Positions 10,600 through 20,795 of a stretch of 64,000 nucleotides of DNA are shown piece after piece. The DNA is taken from positions 3,552,001 to 3,616,000 of the forward strand of contig OZ255721.1 in assembly GCA_965277285.1 (NCBI GenBank), in the 5' to 3' direction. Both the position numbers and the translations under genes were made by a program. The number at the start of each line of letters is the position of its first letter. Position 1 is the stretch's first letter. Source of the DNA: Abditibacteriaceae bacterium (lineage in GTDB: Bacteria > Armatimonadota > Abditibacteriia > Abditibacteriales > Abditibacteriaceae). The notes below the pieces were generated by a model that saw nothing but the letters and a program-made list of their open reading frames with translations, made no database searches and was not told the origin of the DNA.

Positions 10600-11319
10600 A
10601 TGAAACCAGTTTTGATCAGCGAGATTTTTGGGCCAGTTTTGCAAGGCGAAGGCGCTTTGATCGGGCGCCCGACGGTTTTTGTGCGCACGGCGGGCTGCGA
10701 TTATCGTTGCAGTTGGTGCGATTCGTTATACGCGGTTTTGCCGCAATATAAAGGCGAATGGACGCCGATGACGCCAGATCGAGTACTCGAAGAAGTGAAA
10801 GAACTGACAAACAATCAGCCGATTTTGGTCACGTTGTCAGGCGGCAATCCGGCGTTGCAACCTTTGGAAACTTTAATTGAAATTGGTCAGTCGCAAGGTT
10901 TCACTTTTGCGATGGAAACGCAGGGTTCGGTTTGCAAAAGCTGGTTTTCTGAACTGGAATATTTGGTGTTATCGCCCAAGCCACCGTCTTCGCAAATGGA
11001 AACCGATTGGGACGTTTTGGCGCAATGTGTTGCGTCGAGCGCGAAAAACATCAGTTTGAAAGTCGTTGTGTTCGATGAAGGCGATTACGATTTTGCGCGC
11101 GAAGTTCATCGACGTTTTCCCGATGTCGCTTTTTATTTGCAAGCGGGCAGCGAAGTTGTGGCGGGTAGCGAATTTTCTGCGGACGCCATCGAGTACTCGA
11201 ACACGACGGCAGAGCGGCTGAACGAGTTGATGGCGCACGCTTTGCGCGATGGCTGGCGCGATGTCACGATTTTGCCGCAGCTTCATGTTTTGTTGTGGGG
11301 ACAAAAGCGTGGCGTTTAA
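10600..11319 (+). CDS. queE: 7-carboxy-7-deazaguanine synthase (radical SAM)
   Basis: EIFGPVLQGEG, CDYRCSWCD, TLSGGNP, SPKPPSS and ILPQLHVLLWG motifs; follows queC. Confidence 0.95.
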   Translation: MKPVLISEIFGPVLQGEGALIGRPTVFVRTAGCDYRCSWCDSLYAVLPQYKGEWTPMTPDRVLEEVKELTNNQPILVTLSGGNPALQPLETLIEIGQSQGFTFAMETQGSVCKSWFSELEYLVLSPKPPSSQMETDWDVLAQCVASSAKNISLKVVVFDEGDYDFAREVHRRFPDVAFYLQAGSEVVAGSEFSADAIEYSNTTAERLNELMAHALRDGWRDVTILPQLHVLLWGQKRGV

Positions 11320-11485
11320 GCAGATTTGGGCGCGCAAGTTTCTGGTTTCACGTGGGAAACGCACCACGTTTGTGTCTTGCGGCATTTTTTTTGCTAAAAT
11401 GCGGAGCGCAGAGATGTACGAAGTTTTGCAGGTGTCGGAGTTGTTCAGAAAAATTGGCTCGAAAAGAGCAAAGGGAGTTTTCACA

Positions 11486-12622
11486 ATGAGCTGTAAAACG
11501 ATTTTGTCCAAACCGTTGATCTGCAGTGTGGCGTTGGGTATTTTGGCTTTGGCGCCGCTGACGGCGAAAGCGCAAGGCGACATGTCGAGCACCACAACCA
11601 CGACTTCATCTATGTCAACGACATCCATGTCGTCGACGCCGATGATGGTTACCGGCACCGTCTTGCGCTATTACACCGACCGCGAAGGTTATGTAACGGC
11701 AATGGACGTTCAAACCGCCGATGGCGTGAAGTTCGTGCGCTTTTCGCCCAGCATGGGACAGCGTTTGTACACAACGTATCCGGTCGGCGGCACCGCGACG
11801 GTTTATGTTTCGGGCGACCGTCATCCCGAAGTGGTTTCGGTTGGCGCGACAATGCCGACACCCGGCATGATGATGACCTCCTCGCCCTCGGACATGGACG
11901 AACTCGATTCCGTGCCTTATATCATGTCCGGCGCGAAGTTGATGAAAGTCAGCGGCACCTTGAAAGGCATCGTCACCAATGACACCGGCGAAGTTGTCGG
12001 TTTGGTCATTAAGGACGGCGATAAAGCCATGTCGGGCAACATGAACAACATGAGCAGCTCGATGAGCGGTTCGGGCACAAGTGGTTCGGGCGCTGGCAGC
12101 GCTGGCACAACGACAATGCCGATGACCACAAGCGATTCCTCGATGTCGGGCAATTCGATGATGCCGATGACGATGGCTGGCACGACGCTGGTTCGCGTAC
12201 CGCGCGAGTTCCGCAGCCTGGCTCCAGGCTACAATGGCACCGAGCGCGTCACGCCGTTGTTCAAGGGCGCCGATGTCGAAGTCACGGGCTATCCTGAAGC
12301 ACCGCGTTATGGCGTTATGTCGGTCTTTGAAAACCGCATCGCCGCTAATGCGATTGTTGTGAATGGCCGCACGGTTGGTGCCCTGGGCTTTCAGCGCTTG
12401 ATGTTGAGCAAGAAAGAGCGCCATATGGGCATGATGAACAGCATGGGAATGGAAGAAAGGTCCCGCGACAGCAGCATGAACGCCGATGAGATGAGCGCTT
12501 CCAACATGGGCTACACGAGCTATGGCATGGACACTTCAATGAGCACGCCGACGACGACCAGCTCGACGACAACGACAACCACCACGACCGACAGCAGCAC
12601 CACCACAACGACACCTCGCTAA
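11486..12622 (+). CDS. Secreted hypothetical protein with Met/Ser/Thr-rich linkers
   Basis: Signal peptide after ATG 11486 (GGGAG upstream); two beta-rich segments between low-complexity tracts. Confidence 0.7.
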   Translation: MSCKTILSKPLICSVALGILALAPLTAKAQGDMSSTTTTTSSMSTTSMSSTPMMVTGTVLRYYTDREGYVTAMDVQTADGVKFVRFSPSMGQRLYTTYPVGGTATVYVSGDRHPEVVSVGATMPTPGMMMTSSPSDMDELDSVPYIMSGAKLMKVSGTLKGIVTNDTGEVVGLVIKDGDKAMSGNMNNMSSSMSGSGTSGSGAGSAGTTTMPMTTSDSSMSGNSMMPMTMAGTTLVRVPREFRSLAPGYNGTERVTPLFKGADVEVTGYPEAPRYGVMSVFENRIAANAIVVNGRTVGALGFQRLMLSKKERHMGMMNSMGMEERSRDSSMNADEMSASNMGYTSYGMDTSMSTPTTTSSTTTTTTTTDSSTTTTTPR

Positions 12623-12646
12623 GTTTTAGCGATGTCGCCAAACCTG

Positions 12647-12685
12647 AAAAAGAGCCAGCACGCGAAAACGTGCTGGCTCTTTTTT
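12647..12685 (+). terminator. Rho-independent terminator
   Basis: AAGAGCCAGCACG-CGAAAA-CGTGCTGGCTCTTTTTT. Confidence 0.75.
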
Positions 12686-12764
12686 GCGTGTGAATTCGCC
12701 AATCGAGTACTCGAACGAGCGAGTTCGCGCCGCCGAAGCAAAGCCTCTGCTAAAATAGTGTGCG

Positions 12765-15323
12765 ATGCCGACCGCCACTTTTGCCCCACAAAACCTGATT
12801 TCTTCCGCGTCCGACGAGCCATTTGCGCCGCCTTACATTCTGGTGGTGCCGGACCGCGCGCAGGGTTCGACGCAAGAATTGACGTATGCCGTTCCTGAAG
12901 GCCTGCGCGAAGGTTTGCAAATTGGCAGCTCCGTGTTGATTCCCGTCGGTGCGCAAACCGTGACCGGCTACATTTCTGGTTTCACTGCAAAAATCGACTT
13001 CGATGCGCGTTTGTTGAAGCCGATTGCGCGCGTTCTCAGCATTGAACCGATGCTGGACGAAGACGCGCTGCACGTCGCGCGCTGGATGAGTTCGTATTAC
13101 CACGCGCCACTTTCCGATTGCGTTTGCTGCTGGGTGCCGCAAGGTTCGCGTCAGGAAAACGAACGCAAATTCGTTTTCGTCGAAGAAATCAAGGTCGCGG
13201 GCGAAGCGGCTTTGCGCCCAATTTTCGGTTTTCCTCGTCGTCTCCAAGTCGCGCGCTTGTTGATGAAAAGCGAACAGGCGCTTTCCACCAAAGAAATTCA
13301 GAAAGCTCTGGGCGGCGCCGATGTGCGCGAAACCTTGAAATTGCTGGTCGCCGATGGTTTTCTGACTGAAACAGAAAACGTAACGCAAGCCGCTGTCAAA
13401 GCGAAAATTGTGCAAGCGGTTCGTAAAAGTGACAATCGAGTACTCGATGCTGAAGAATTGCAAACTCTCGAAAAACGTTCGCCGCGGCAAGCGCACGCCT
13501 TGCGCGAACTTGACGGCCATTTCGTTGTCGCTGCCAATTTCGCACGCCGCCACGAACTGGACAGTTCGGTTTTGCGTGGCTTGGAAAAGAAAGGTTTGGT
13601 CGAATTCGGCCAACTGGAAATCCAGCGTTTACCCAACGAATTGCCGGAAGAAGAAACCGAGCGCGTTCAACTGACGGAAGAACAAACGCAAGCCACTTCG
13701 CAAATCGCCGAAGCCTTGAACCGCACGGCGCAAAGCCACAAAAGCGAAACGATTTTGTTGCAAGGCGTGACGGCGAGCGGCAAAACCGAAGTGTATTTGG
13801 ACGCGATTGAACGTTGCATCGCTCTGGGTCGGCGCGCGATTGTTCTGGTGCCGGAAATCGCTTTGACAGCGCAAACGGTGGAGATTTTTCAGCGCCGTTT
13901 CCGCGAGCGCGTGGCGATTTTGCATTCGGCTCTGGGCGCTGGCGAACGCTTCGACGAATGGCGTCGCGCGCGTCGTGGCGAAGCCGATATTATCGTCGGC
14001 GCGCGTTCGGCGGTCTTTGCGCCGTGCGAAAATCTGGGTCTTGTCGTGATTGATGAAGAGCACGACGGCTCGTACAAACAAGACTCCGCGCCACGTTATC
14101 ATGCGCGTGATGTCGCTCTCAAACGCGCGAGTTTGAGCGGCGCGGTTGTGCTTTTAGGTTCCGCGACGCCGAGTTTGGAAAGCTATATTCGCGCTACCAA
14201 AAACGATTACGCGCATATTCGCATGACCAAGCGCATCGGCAATCGTCAACTGCCGCAAGTCGAAATCGTCGATATGACGGCGGAAGCGAAAATGGGCAGC
14301 GTTCCGGTTTTGAGTACTCGATTGAAGACCGCGCTGTGCGAAACCGTAGCGCGCGGCGAACAGGCAATTTTGTTCTTGAATCGGCGCGGCTTCGCGGTTT
14401 ATGTGCAATGTCTGGGTTGCGGTCACGTCGAGCGTTGTCCCAATTGCGACGTGGCCTTGACCTATCATCGCGGCGAGCGGAGTTTGCGCTGCCATCACTG
14501 CGATCATAACGCGCCCGTTATCGAAGAATGCCCCGAATGTCAGGGCTGGATGATCGGTTTTTCCGGTACGGGAACCGAAAAAGTCGAAGGCGAAGTCGCG
14601 GATTTGCTGTCGAAAAATGGTCTAAAAGACGCCACGATTTTGCGTCTTGACCGCGACACGACGAGCCGCAAAGGTTCGCACGCCGGTATTTTGAACGAGT
14701 TTCGCAGCGGTCGCGCGCAGGTTCTCATCGGCACGCAGATGGTGACCAAAGGTTTGGATTTTCCAAACGTGACTTTGGTCGGCGTCATCGCGGCGGACAG
14801 CGCCTTGAATATGCCGGATTTTCGCGCGGCGGAACGCACCTTTCAATTGCTGGCGCAAGTCGCGGGACGAGCAGGGCGCGGCACTCGTCCCGGGCGCGTG
14901 CTGATTCAAGCTCTGGCGACCGATCATTATGCGATTGAAGCGGCGCGCTCGCAGGATTACGAAGCGTTCGCCAAACAGGAATGCGAATATCGGCGCAGTC
15001 CGTGTTATCCGCCGTTTGCGCACATCGTTAACATCATTTCGCAGGACGAAGACGAGAAAACGGCCAAGCTGAAACTAGACGAATTGGCGATTGCGTTTGC
15101 CGAAGCCATCGCGCGCGAAAACGGCGAAAGCGAAAACGGCACCGAACTTTTGGGGCCAGTCGATTGTCCGGTTTCACGCATCAAAAACAAATATCGCTTT
15201 CACCTGATGCTGCGCGACCGCAATCGTCCGCGCCTGCATCGAGTACTCGAAGCGTATGATAAATTACCGCGTGCAAGCAAAACCGGCTTGATCGTCGATG
15301 TGGACGCGAGTTCGCTTTTGTAG
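12765..15323 (+). CDS. priA: Primosomal protein N' (replication restart helicase)
   Basis: GVTASGKTEVY, VPEIALT, DEEH, SATPSLES, two CxxC pairs, GTQMVTKGLDFP and QVAGRAGR motifs. Confidence 0.97.
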   Translation: MPTATFAPQNLISSASDEPFAPPYILVVPDRAQGSTQELTYAVPEGLREGLQIGSSVLIPVGAQTVTGYISGFTAKIDFDARLLKPIARVLSIEPMLDEDALHVARWMSSYYHAPLSDCVCCWVPQGSRQENERKFVFVEEIKVAGEAALRPIFGFPRRLQVARLLMKSEQALSTKEIQKALGGADVRETLKLLVADGFLTETENVTQAAVKAKIVQAVRKSDNRVLDAEELQTLEKRSPRQAHALRELDGHFVVAANFARRHELDSSVLRGLEKKGLVEFGQLEIQRLPNELPEEETERVQLTEEQTQATSQIAEALNRTAQSHKSETILLQGVTASGKTEVYLDAIERCIALGRRAIVLVPEIALTAQTVEIFQRRFRERVAILHSALGAGERFDEWRRARRGEADIIVGARSAVFAPCENLGLVVIDEEHDGSYKQDSAPRYHARDVALKRASLSGAVVLLGSATPSLESYIRATKNDYAHIRMTKRIGNRQLPQVEIVDMTAEAKMGSVPVLSTRLKTALCETVARGEQAILFLNRRGFAVYVQCLGCGHVERCPNCDVALTYHRGERSLRCHHCDHNAPVIEECPECQGWMIGFSGTGTEKVEGEVADLLSKNGLKDATILRLDRDTTSRKGSHAGILNEFRSGRAQVLIGTQMVTKGLDFPNVTLVGVIAADSALNMPDFRAAERTFQLLAQVAGRAGRGTRPGRVLIQALATDHYAIEAARSQDYEAFAKQECEYRRSPCYPPFAHIVNIISQDEDEKTAKLKLDELAIAFAEAIARENGESENGTELLGPVDCPVSRIKNKYRFHLMLRDRNRPRLHRVLEAYDKLPRASKTGLIVDVDASSLL

Positions 15324-15353
15324 TGTGGAAAAAACAAAGGCGTATCTTGAGTT

Positions 15354-16085
15354 ATGCCAAACGAACAGAAGCCCAATGGAGCCATGCTCTTCATAAAACA
15401 CGTTATTATTACTGTTCTCACAGTATTGGTGGGCGTATTGTGTCGTCCTTTACTTATGTGGCTGCTAAAGATGAAAATCAAAAGCTACGAAAAACAGGAC
15501 CTTGGTTGTAAAACAAATCAGTGTATCGACTTGAAATCACTCCTCTTATACAATCAGAAAGCAAGCTGGCCGAATGTTCTACCTGTTGTCGACACCTTTT
15601 CAGGAATAGGGTCTAAACCTTTCGCTGCAAATTCTTTCGCGTATTTATATCTTGCCAACCTCCGACTGACCGAAGCGCAGGAGGCCAATGCTTATTGTGT
15701 TGACGTCACAGATCAATGGGTTAAGGAGAATCCTGCGCAGGCGCAAAGGGCTTTGCAACTTTGGAAACGGCTGGCTTCGTGGTATCCATTTTCTACAACT
15801 GAACCAACAATGAGCGATGAGGAATTCAGGATTGTCCGGTCAGAAATTTACAAAGTAAAAGGTCGTACTGTCAAAGAATGGCGAGATTCAAGAGTAGCCG
15901 CCGAGGTAATAGCCTGGCTTATCGCTCAGGGTGATGAAGAAGCTGGGCGTCTGATCAAACGTCTCAGGCTGAAAAACCATCCGGTTATGTATCAGCACCT
16001 CGAATTTGATATTGATGAATTTGAAGTCCTTGGAATAGGTGAAGAAGAACTTAAAGAAATTTATTTTCGCGCAGAGATGATGTAA
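15354..16085 (+). CDS. Hypothetical protein (AT-richer, possibly acquired)
   Basis: 243-aa ORF with N-terminal hydrophobic segment; no recognisable family. Confidence 0.55.
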   Translation: MPNEQKPNGAMLFIKHVIITVLTVLVGVLCRPLLMWLLKMKIKSYEKQDLGCKTNQCIDLKSLLLYNQKASWPNVLPVVDTFSGIGSKPFAANSFAYLYLANLRLTEAQEANAYCVDVTDQWVKENPAQAQRALQLWKRLASWYPFSTTEPTMSDEEFRIVRSEIYKVKGRTVKEWRDSRVAAEVIAWLIAQGDEEAGRLIKRLRLKNHPVMYQHLEFDIDEFEVLGIGEEELKEIYFRAEMM

Positions 16086-16110
16086 GCGAAGAATATAAAT
16101 TAACCATTGG

Positions 16111-16902
16111 ATGAAGCCGAAATTTTCTATGACCGATTTGCAACTTTCCATTATTGTTCCGGCTTACAACGAAGAAGACCGCGTTTTGCCGACGTTGGCG
16201 CGCATGGTTACTTATATGAACGGACGCGCCGAAGAGTATGAAATTATCGTAGTGGACGACGGTTCGCGCGACCGCACGCGGCAGGTCGTAACCGATTTTG
16301 CGGCGCAGCATCCGACGGTTCGACTGGAAAAATACGATGACGCAAGCGGAAAGCCGATGAACAAAGGCAAAGGTTTCGCGGTGCGGCGCGGCGTTTTGGC
16401 GGCGCGTGGCGCCCATGTTTTGTTCAGTGATGCCGATCTTTCGACGCCGATTGAAGAAGTCGAAAAACTGTTGCCGGCCATCGAAAGCGGGAAATACGGT
16501 GTGGCGATTGCGTCGCGCGCGATGCGAGAATCCAATCTGGCGATTCATCAGCCGTGGTACCGAGAAATGATGGGGCGCACTTTCAACGCTTTTGTGCAGC
16601 GCATCGCGGTTCCTGGCATCAAAGATACGCAATGTGGTTTCAAATTGTTCAGCGGAGAAGCGGCGCAACGCATTTTTTCCAAGGCGCGCATTGATGGCTT
16701 TGGTTTCGATACCGAAGTGTTGTTTTTGGCGCGCAAATATGGTTATCGAGTACTCGAAGTCGCAGTGACGTGGCGCCATCAGGAAGATAGCCGCGTCAGC
16801 CCTTTTGTCGCGCCGCTGCAAATGCTGCGCGAATTGGTTCAAGTGCGGCGCAATGATCGTCGCGGCCTTTATCGAGAAAAACGTGACAAACCTAAAGCAT
16901 AA
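16111..16902 (+). CDS. GT2 glycosyltransferase (dolichyl-phosphate beta-glucosyltransferase-like)
   Basis: LSIIVPAYNEE, VVDDGSRD, NKGKGFAV, DADLS, DTQCGFKLF and FGFDTE motifs. Confidence 0.9.
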   Translation: MKPKFSMTDLQLSIIVPAYNEEDRVLPTLARMVTYMNGRAEEYEIIVVDDGSRDRTRQVVTDFAAQHPTVRLEKYDDASGKPMNKGKGFAVRRGVLAARGAHVLFSDADLSTPIEEVEKLLPAIESGKYGVAIASRAMRESNLAIHQPWYREMMGRTFNAFVQRIAVPGIKDTQCGFKLFSGEAAQRIFSKARIDGFGFDTEVLFLARKYGYRVLEVAVTWRHQEDSRVSPFVAPLQMLRELVQVRRNDRRGLYREKRDKPKA

Positions 16903-16945
16903 GTCAAGTATGAAAAGAAAGGTGTGCTTCTTGCGTGCGGCATCT

Positions 16946-17227
16946 ATGCGTATTACGGTTGACGCTATGACAGCGGAATTTCGTTTACTTGATGACCTAA
17001 CTGGAGATGAGGAAAGTCTGCATTATGCTTGGCTTTTGTTTGGCGGCAATGCAGAAGCCTTGGAGCGAGCGCGGCACTCGATCACCATGCAAGTCACGGA
17101 AGGTTGGCTCGAAGTCGTTCATAAAACAGAAAACAATGTTCAAGTGTTGAAGGCTTGGCAGATCAGAGAAGTGCTTGCCGATGAAGCGAACTGGCGCAAG
17201 CAAGGTTCAGAGGCCGAGTATTTTTGA
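16946..17227 (+). CDS. Small hypothetical protein
   Basis: 3' part of track ORF 16805..17227; start uncertain. Confidence 0.4.
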   Translation: MRITVDAMTAEFRLLDDLTGDEESLHYAWLLFGGNAEALERARHSITMQVTEGWLEVVHKTENNVQVLKAWQIREVLADEANWRKQGSEAEYF

Positions 17228-17285
17228 GCCTGACAAAAGCTGGTGGCAAATATAGCGGTGGCTAAATGTGTAATAAGTGGACCAT

Positions 17286-17368
17286 TTAGCTAACCAATGG
17301 TGCGGGTTTCCCTTGTGCCTGCGAGTTCACTCGCAGGGAAACGGCAATCCGCACCGCTGGTTAGCTAA
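17286..17368. repeat. Intergenic inverted repeat with inner hairpin
   Basis: TTAGCTAACCA.TGGTGCGG ... CCGCACCGCTGGTTAGCTAA enclosing CCTGCGAGTTCACTCGCAGG. Confidence 0.55.
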
Positions 17369-17373
17369 CGTTA

Positions 17374-17410
17374 AAACAGCGAGTACTCATTTATCGAGTA
17401 CTCGCTGTTT
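17374..17410. terminator. Hairpin between convergent genes, built from two GAGTACTC cores
   Basis: AAACAGCGAGTACTC-ATTTATC-GAGTACTCGCTGTTT. Confidence 0.65.
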
Positions 17411-17433
17411 AGGTTTGCAGAAATGGAGCAAAT

Positions 17434-17823
17434 TTATTTCAGTGTCTTGAGATAAGTGTAAAGCGCCAGGCTGTCGTGCGCTTTGAGGTGATACACCGGC
17501 ATTGGCTTCTTCACTTTGCCGCCGTCATCGGTGATGCCCGAAGCCATAAGGCGCGCAAAAGTCTGCGTGTTATAGTGACGCATCGGGCCGCGAGCGCGCA
17601 GACCTGGTGCGAAGTGCGGCTTGCCTTGAAGATCGGCGCCGTGACACGTATTACAGCCTTTTTGTTGCACCAGTTGCTTGCCCAAACCGGCCAGCCGCGC
17701 CGCCGATTGTTTTGTGAGTGGCGTCCACGAAGCGGCTGGTTTGGTCAGTCCGCTTTGATGGTTTGCTGCCAAAGCGCAAAAAATCACGCCGATGCCGGTT
17801 GCGACACTGAAAAGCCCTTTCAT
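17434..17823 (-). CDS. Small monoheme c-type cytochrome
   Basis: Signal/TM segment, CNTCH heme-binding motif and distal PMP Met ligand. Confidence 0.8.
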   Translation of the reverse strand: MKGLFSVATGIGVIFCALAANHQSGLTKPAASWTPLTKQSAARLAGLGKQLVQQKGCNTCHGADLQGKPHFAPGLRARGPMRHYNTQTFARLMASGITDDGGKVKKPMPVYHLKAHDSLALYTYLKTLK

Positions 17824-17975
17824 AGAAAAACTCCTTTGAAATAACTGCGCCGTGTTGATGAAGATCAACGAAGAACCATCAAACATCGTGCCCAAGCAAA
17901 CCGCTTTTTTCAAAGCGTTTCTTGCCTCTTAAAACCAATTCGTAAAGTAGAAAACACCGTCAGCAGGTGACATTC

Positions 17976-18039
17976 TGTCATTCTGAGCGCAGCGAAGAAT
18001 CTCATTGCAGTTAGATTCTTCGCTGCTCTCAGAATGACA
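17976..18039. repeat. GTCATTCTGAGCGCAGCGAAGAATCT hairpin repeat
   Basis: Inverted repeat matching the copies at 10464, 19040, 22683, 27269, 58118 and 61555. Confidence 0.85.
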
Positions 18040-18180
18040 AAGTTCCACGCCCTTTGCCTTGTTTCCACTTTTCAAACTGATTCTAAGAACTGCCGGAACA
18101 AATGATTCGCATTGCAAGACGCGGCACGAAGTTGTGGCTTGGCACTCTGAAACCACGCTCATCGAGTACTCGAAATAGAC

Positions 18181-18900
18181 TCAATCTTTCATCGCGTCGT
18201 TTTGCAGCGCGACGATTTGGTCGATGCCGATTTTGGCGAGTTCGATCAAGCGTCCCAGCTCAGCGCGCGTGAAAGTGGCGCCTTCTCCGGCGGCCTGCAC
18301 TTCGACCAGGCGACCTTGTTCGGTCATCACGACGTTCATGTCCACATTCGCGCGCGAATCTTCTTCGTAACTCAAGTCGAGCAATTCCTGACGACCAACG
18401 ATGCCGACCGAAATTGCCGCGATGTTGCCTTGCAAAGGTTGTCCGTGAATAATTCCGTCGCGCCGCAAGCCGTCAATCGCTTCGCGCAAAGCGATCCAGG
18501 CGCCACAAATTGCGGCTGTGCGCGTGCCGCCATCGGCTTGCAAAACGTCGCAATCGACGACGATGGAACGTTCGCCCAAAGCGCGCATATTGATGGCGCC
18601 GCGCAAACTGCGACCGATCAAACGCTGGATTTCAATGGTTCTGCCGTCGGGACGCGCGCGGCTGCCGTCGCGTTGGTTGCGCGAATGCGTGGCGCGCGGC
18701 AGCATTCCATATTCGGCTGTGACCCAGCCCGTTCCACTGTTGCGCAACCAAGCTGGAACCGTGTTTTCAATCGTTGCGGTGCAAAGAACGCGCGTTTGGC
18801 CGAACTCGCTCAGGCACGAACCTTCGGCGTGCGCCGCCCAACCGCGCGTGAATGTAATCGGTCGAAGTTGGTCGGGCGCGCGGCCATCGTTGCGTGGCAT
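18181..18900 (-). CDS. rph: Ribonuclease PH
   Basis: GWVTAEYGMLPRAT, EIQRLIGRSLR, DVLQADGGTRTA and DMNVVM motifs. Confidence 0.97.
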   Translation of the reverse strand: MPRNDGRAPDQLRPITFTRGWAAHAEGSCLSEFGQTRVLCTATIENTVPAWLRNSGTGWVTAEYGMLPRATHSRNQRDGSRARPDGRTIEIQRLIGRSLRGAINMRALGERSIVVDCDVLQADGGTRTAAICGAWIALREAIDGLRRDGIIHGQPLQGNIAAISVGIVGRQELLDLSYEEDSRANVDMNVVMTEQGRLVEVQAAGEGATFTRAELGRLIELAKIGIDQIVALQNDAMKD

Positions 18901-19039
18901 AAAAGTCCTTGAAAGAAAAGTTCACCGCGAAGGACACAAATCGCGCGAAGGAGAATCGAGTGCTCAAAAGTAGGAATTAAGTCATGTAAGCGTTTGTCAG
19001 TCTGAAATAAGAAAGTCTGCGAAACGACCCAAACGTGGC

Positions 19040-19111
19040 AGTTTGTCATTCTGAGTAACGCGAAGAATCTACTTGTAATCAGATTCTTCGCGTTACTCAG
19101 AATGACAAACT
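19040..19111. repeat. GTCATTCTGAG hairpin repeat (variant with compensatory changes)
   Basis: CTGAGTAACGCGAAG / CTTCGCGTTACTCAG arms stay complementary despite differing from other copies. Confidence 0.85.
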
Positions 19112-19164
19112 CTCACTTAATCGAATTCTCGATCCTTCTCTCCCTGCGCGCTCTTCTCTCTAAA

Positions 19165-20016
19165 TTATTTGGCGGTGTAATTGAAAATCGGCCCGCTTTC
19201 TAAATGCGGTTGCGGAATGTCGAGCAGAGTTTGCACCCAGTGTCGCACGCCGTCGCTGTCGCCGCTGACGAAAAACGTGTGCTCCTCGGGCGCGCTTTCC
19301 TCTTTCGAGTACTCGATTGTATGGAGCAATTGCTGGACATCTTCGGCGACGGCTTGCGCGGGATCGACGAATTGCAAGTGCGGCGCACCAAGTTCGCGCG
19401 CGGCCTGAAGCAAAACCGGCAGCAGCAACGGATAATGCGTGCAACCTAAAACAATTGTATCAGCGCCGAATTCAATCAACGGTTGCAGATATTTTTTTGC
19501 GGCGTGGAAAGCGGCTTTCGATACGGTTTGTTCGCTTTCGACGAGCGGCACAAAATCGGGACAGGCGATTTCGAGGACTCGAATGGCAGGATTCATCGCT
19601 TGAATTGAGCGCGAATAAACCTCGCTTTCGACCGTCGCCTGCGTCGCCAAGACACCAACACGACGGTTCTTCGTTTGCGCTACAGTCGAACGCGCGCCGG
19701 GTTCAATCGTGCCGACGACCGGAACGGGCAGCGTTTCTCTCGCGGTTTCCAGCGCGACTGCCGAACTGGTGTTGCACGCGAAAACGACGATTTGCGCGCC
19801 GTGACCAATCAGGAATTCGGCGATTGATAACGCGAAGTGGCGCACTTCTTCGGGCGCGCGACCACCGTAAGGAACGTGAATCGTATCCGCAAAATACAGC
19901 AATCGCGCGTGCGGTAAAACGTCCTGAATGCAACGTGCGACTGTCAAACCGCCGACGCCCGAATCACGAATGCCGATCGTCAACGGCGCGAGGTTTCGAG
20001 TACTCGATTGAATCAC
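19165..20016 (-). CDS. murI: Glutamate racemase
   Basis: DSGVGGLTV, PYG, ACNTSS and LGCTHYP motifs; GTG start at 20016 overlaps the upstream stop. Confidence 0.95.
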   Translation of the reverse strand: MIQSSTRNLAPLTIGIRDSGVGGLTVARCIQDVLPHARLLYFADTIHVPYGGRAPEEVRHFALSIAEFLIGHGAQIVVFACNTSSAVALETARETLPVPVVGTIEPGARSTVAQTKNRRVGVLATQATVESEVYSRSIQAMNPAIRVLEIACPDFVPLVESEQTVSKAAFHAAKKYLQPLIEFGADTIVLGCTHYPLLLPVLLQAARELGAPHLQFVDPAQAVAEDVQQLLHTIEYSKEESAPEEHTFFVSGDSDGVRHWVQTLLDIPQPHLESGPIFNYTAK

Positions 20017-20771
20017 GGAAGCGAACTTCCCGCGTTTGGCGCTGGACTCGTTGTCGAACTTTGCGCCACGTTCGTCGCGGAAGCGTTCAACGAGTAATCG
20101 GGCGGAATTGGTTCGTTCAAGTCGAATTCGCCCAGGTTTTGCAACCGTTTGCCGTCGACCAGAAATTGCACGAGAACATCGCGGCCTTTGCCCGATATGA
20201 CGGGCGCCAGTGTATTGACAATCGAGTAAATGGCGAGCTTGGTTTTGGTTTCGCCGCTCCAAAAATTGGGATCGTTGAACGCCGCATTGAAGTTGACAGT
20301 CGCCGCATCACTATTCAACTGAACGCTTTGGACATGAGTTCCTGTGGGAAACATTTCTGGCGCGGCGGCGATAATAGCGTTGATCCACTGCGTATAAATT
20401 GTCGAGATATCGGCGCCAGAGTTAGCGGGCAGGTTACTTTGAAACGGTTTCTGGTGTAGTTTCGCATCGTCGCCCGCAACCCACATCGCGGTGGGAATCG
20501 AGTACTGGATAGTGACCACTGGCGTTGGCGAAATTTGCGGCATTGGTGTTTGAGCCGACGTGTGAATCGGTTTGACGTGAACACGTTCCGGCGGTGCATC
20601 ACTGCTGTCTGGCGATAAAACCGTTGTTTGCATCAGGACAACGCCCGCGCCCAAAATCAGCGGCAACAGCAAAGGCCACAAAATCCAGGTGTCCTGCGGC
20701 GTATTGTGCAGTTTGACGGCGTTGGTTGGTGTGTTTTCTTGCGGCCTGAAATCGGGAGGAGGAACGCTCAT
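20013..20771 (-). CDS. GerMN domain protein
   Basis: TM segment plus FPTGTHV...ATVNFN...LAIYSIVNTL...VQFLVDG; amidase-GerMN-murI-rph synteny. Confidence 0.85.
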   Translation of the reverse strand: MSVPPPDFRPQENTPTNAVKLHNTPQDTWILWPLLLPLILGAGVVLMQTTVLSPDSSDAPPERVHVKPIHTSAQTPMPQISPTPVVTIQYSIPTAMWVAGDDAKLHQKPFQSNLPANSGADISTIYTQWINAIIAAAPEMFPTGTHVQSVQLNSDAATVNFNAAFNDPNFWSGETKTKLAIYSIVNTLAPVISGKGRDVLVQFLVDGKRLQNLGEFDLNEPIPPDYSLNASATNVAQSSTTSPAPNAGSSLP

Positions 20772-20795
20772 AAAAGTTCGGTAATCGGTGCGTCG

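Noticed and set aside
10292..10603. Small ORFs containing CHSERSEES or VILSAAKN peptides (also near 17929, 58127, 61398-61758)
   Set aside because: Translations of the GTCATTCTGAG hairpin repeat, not genes
9732..11319. queC-queE as part of a 7-deazaguanine DNA-modification (dpd) island linked to the palindrome
   Set aside because: No dpdA/tgt paralogue or other dpd genes in the window; ordinary queuosine biosynthesis is the simpler reading
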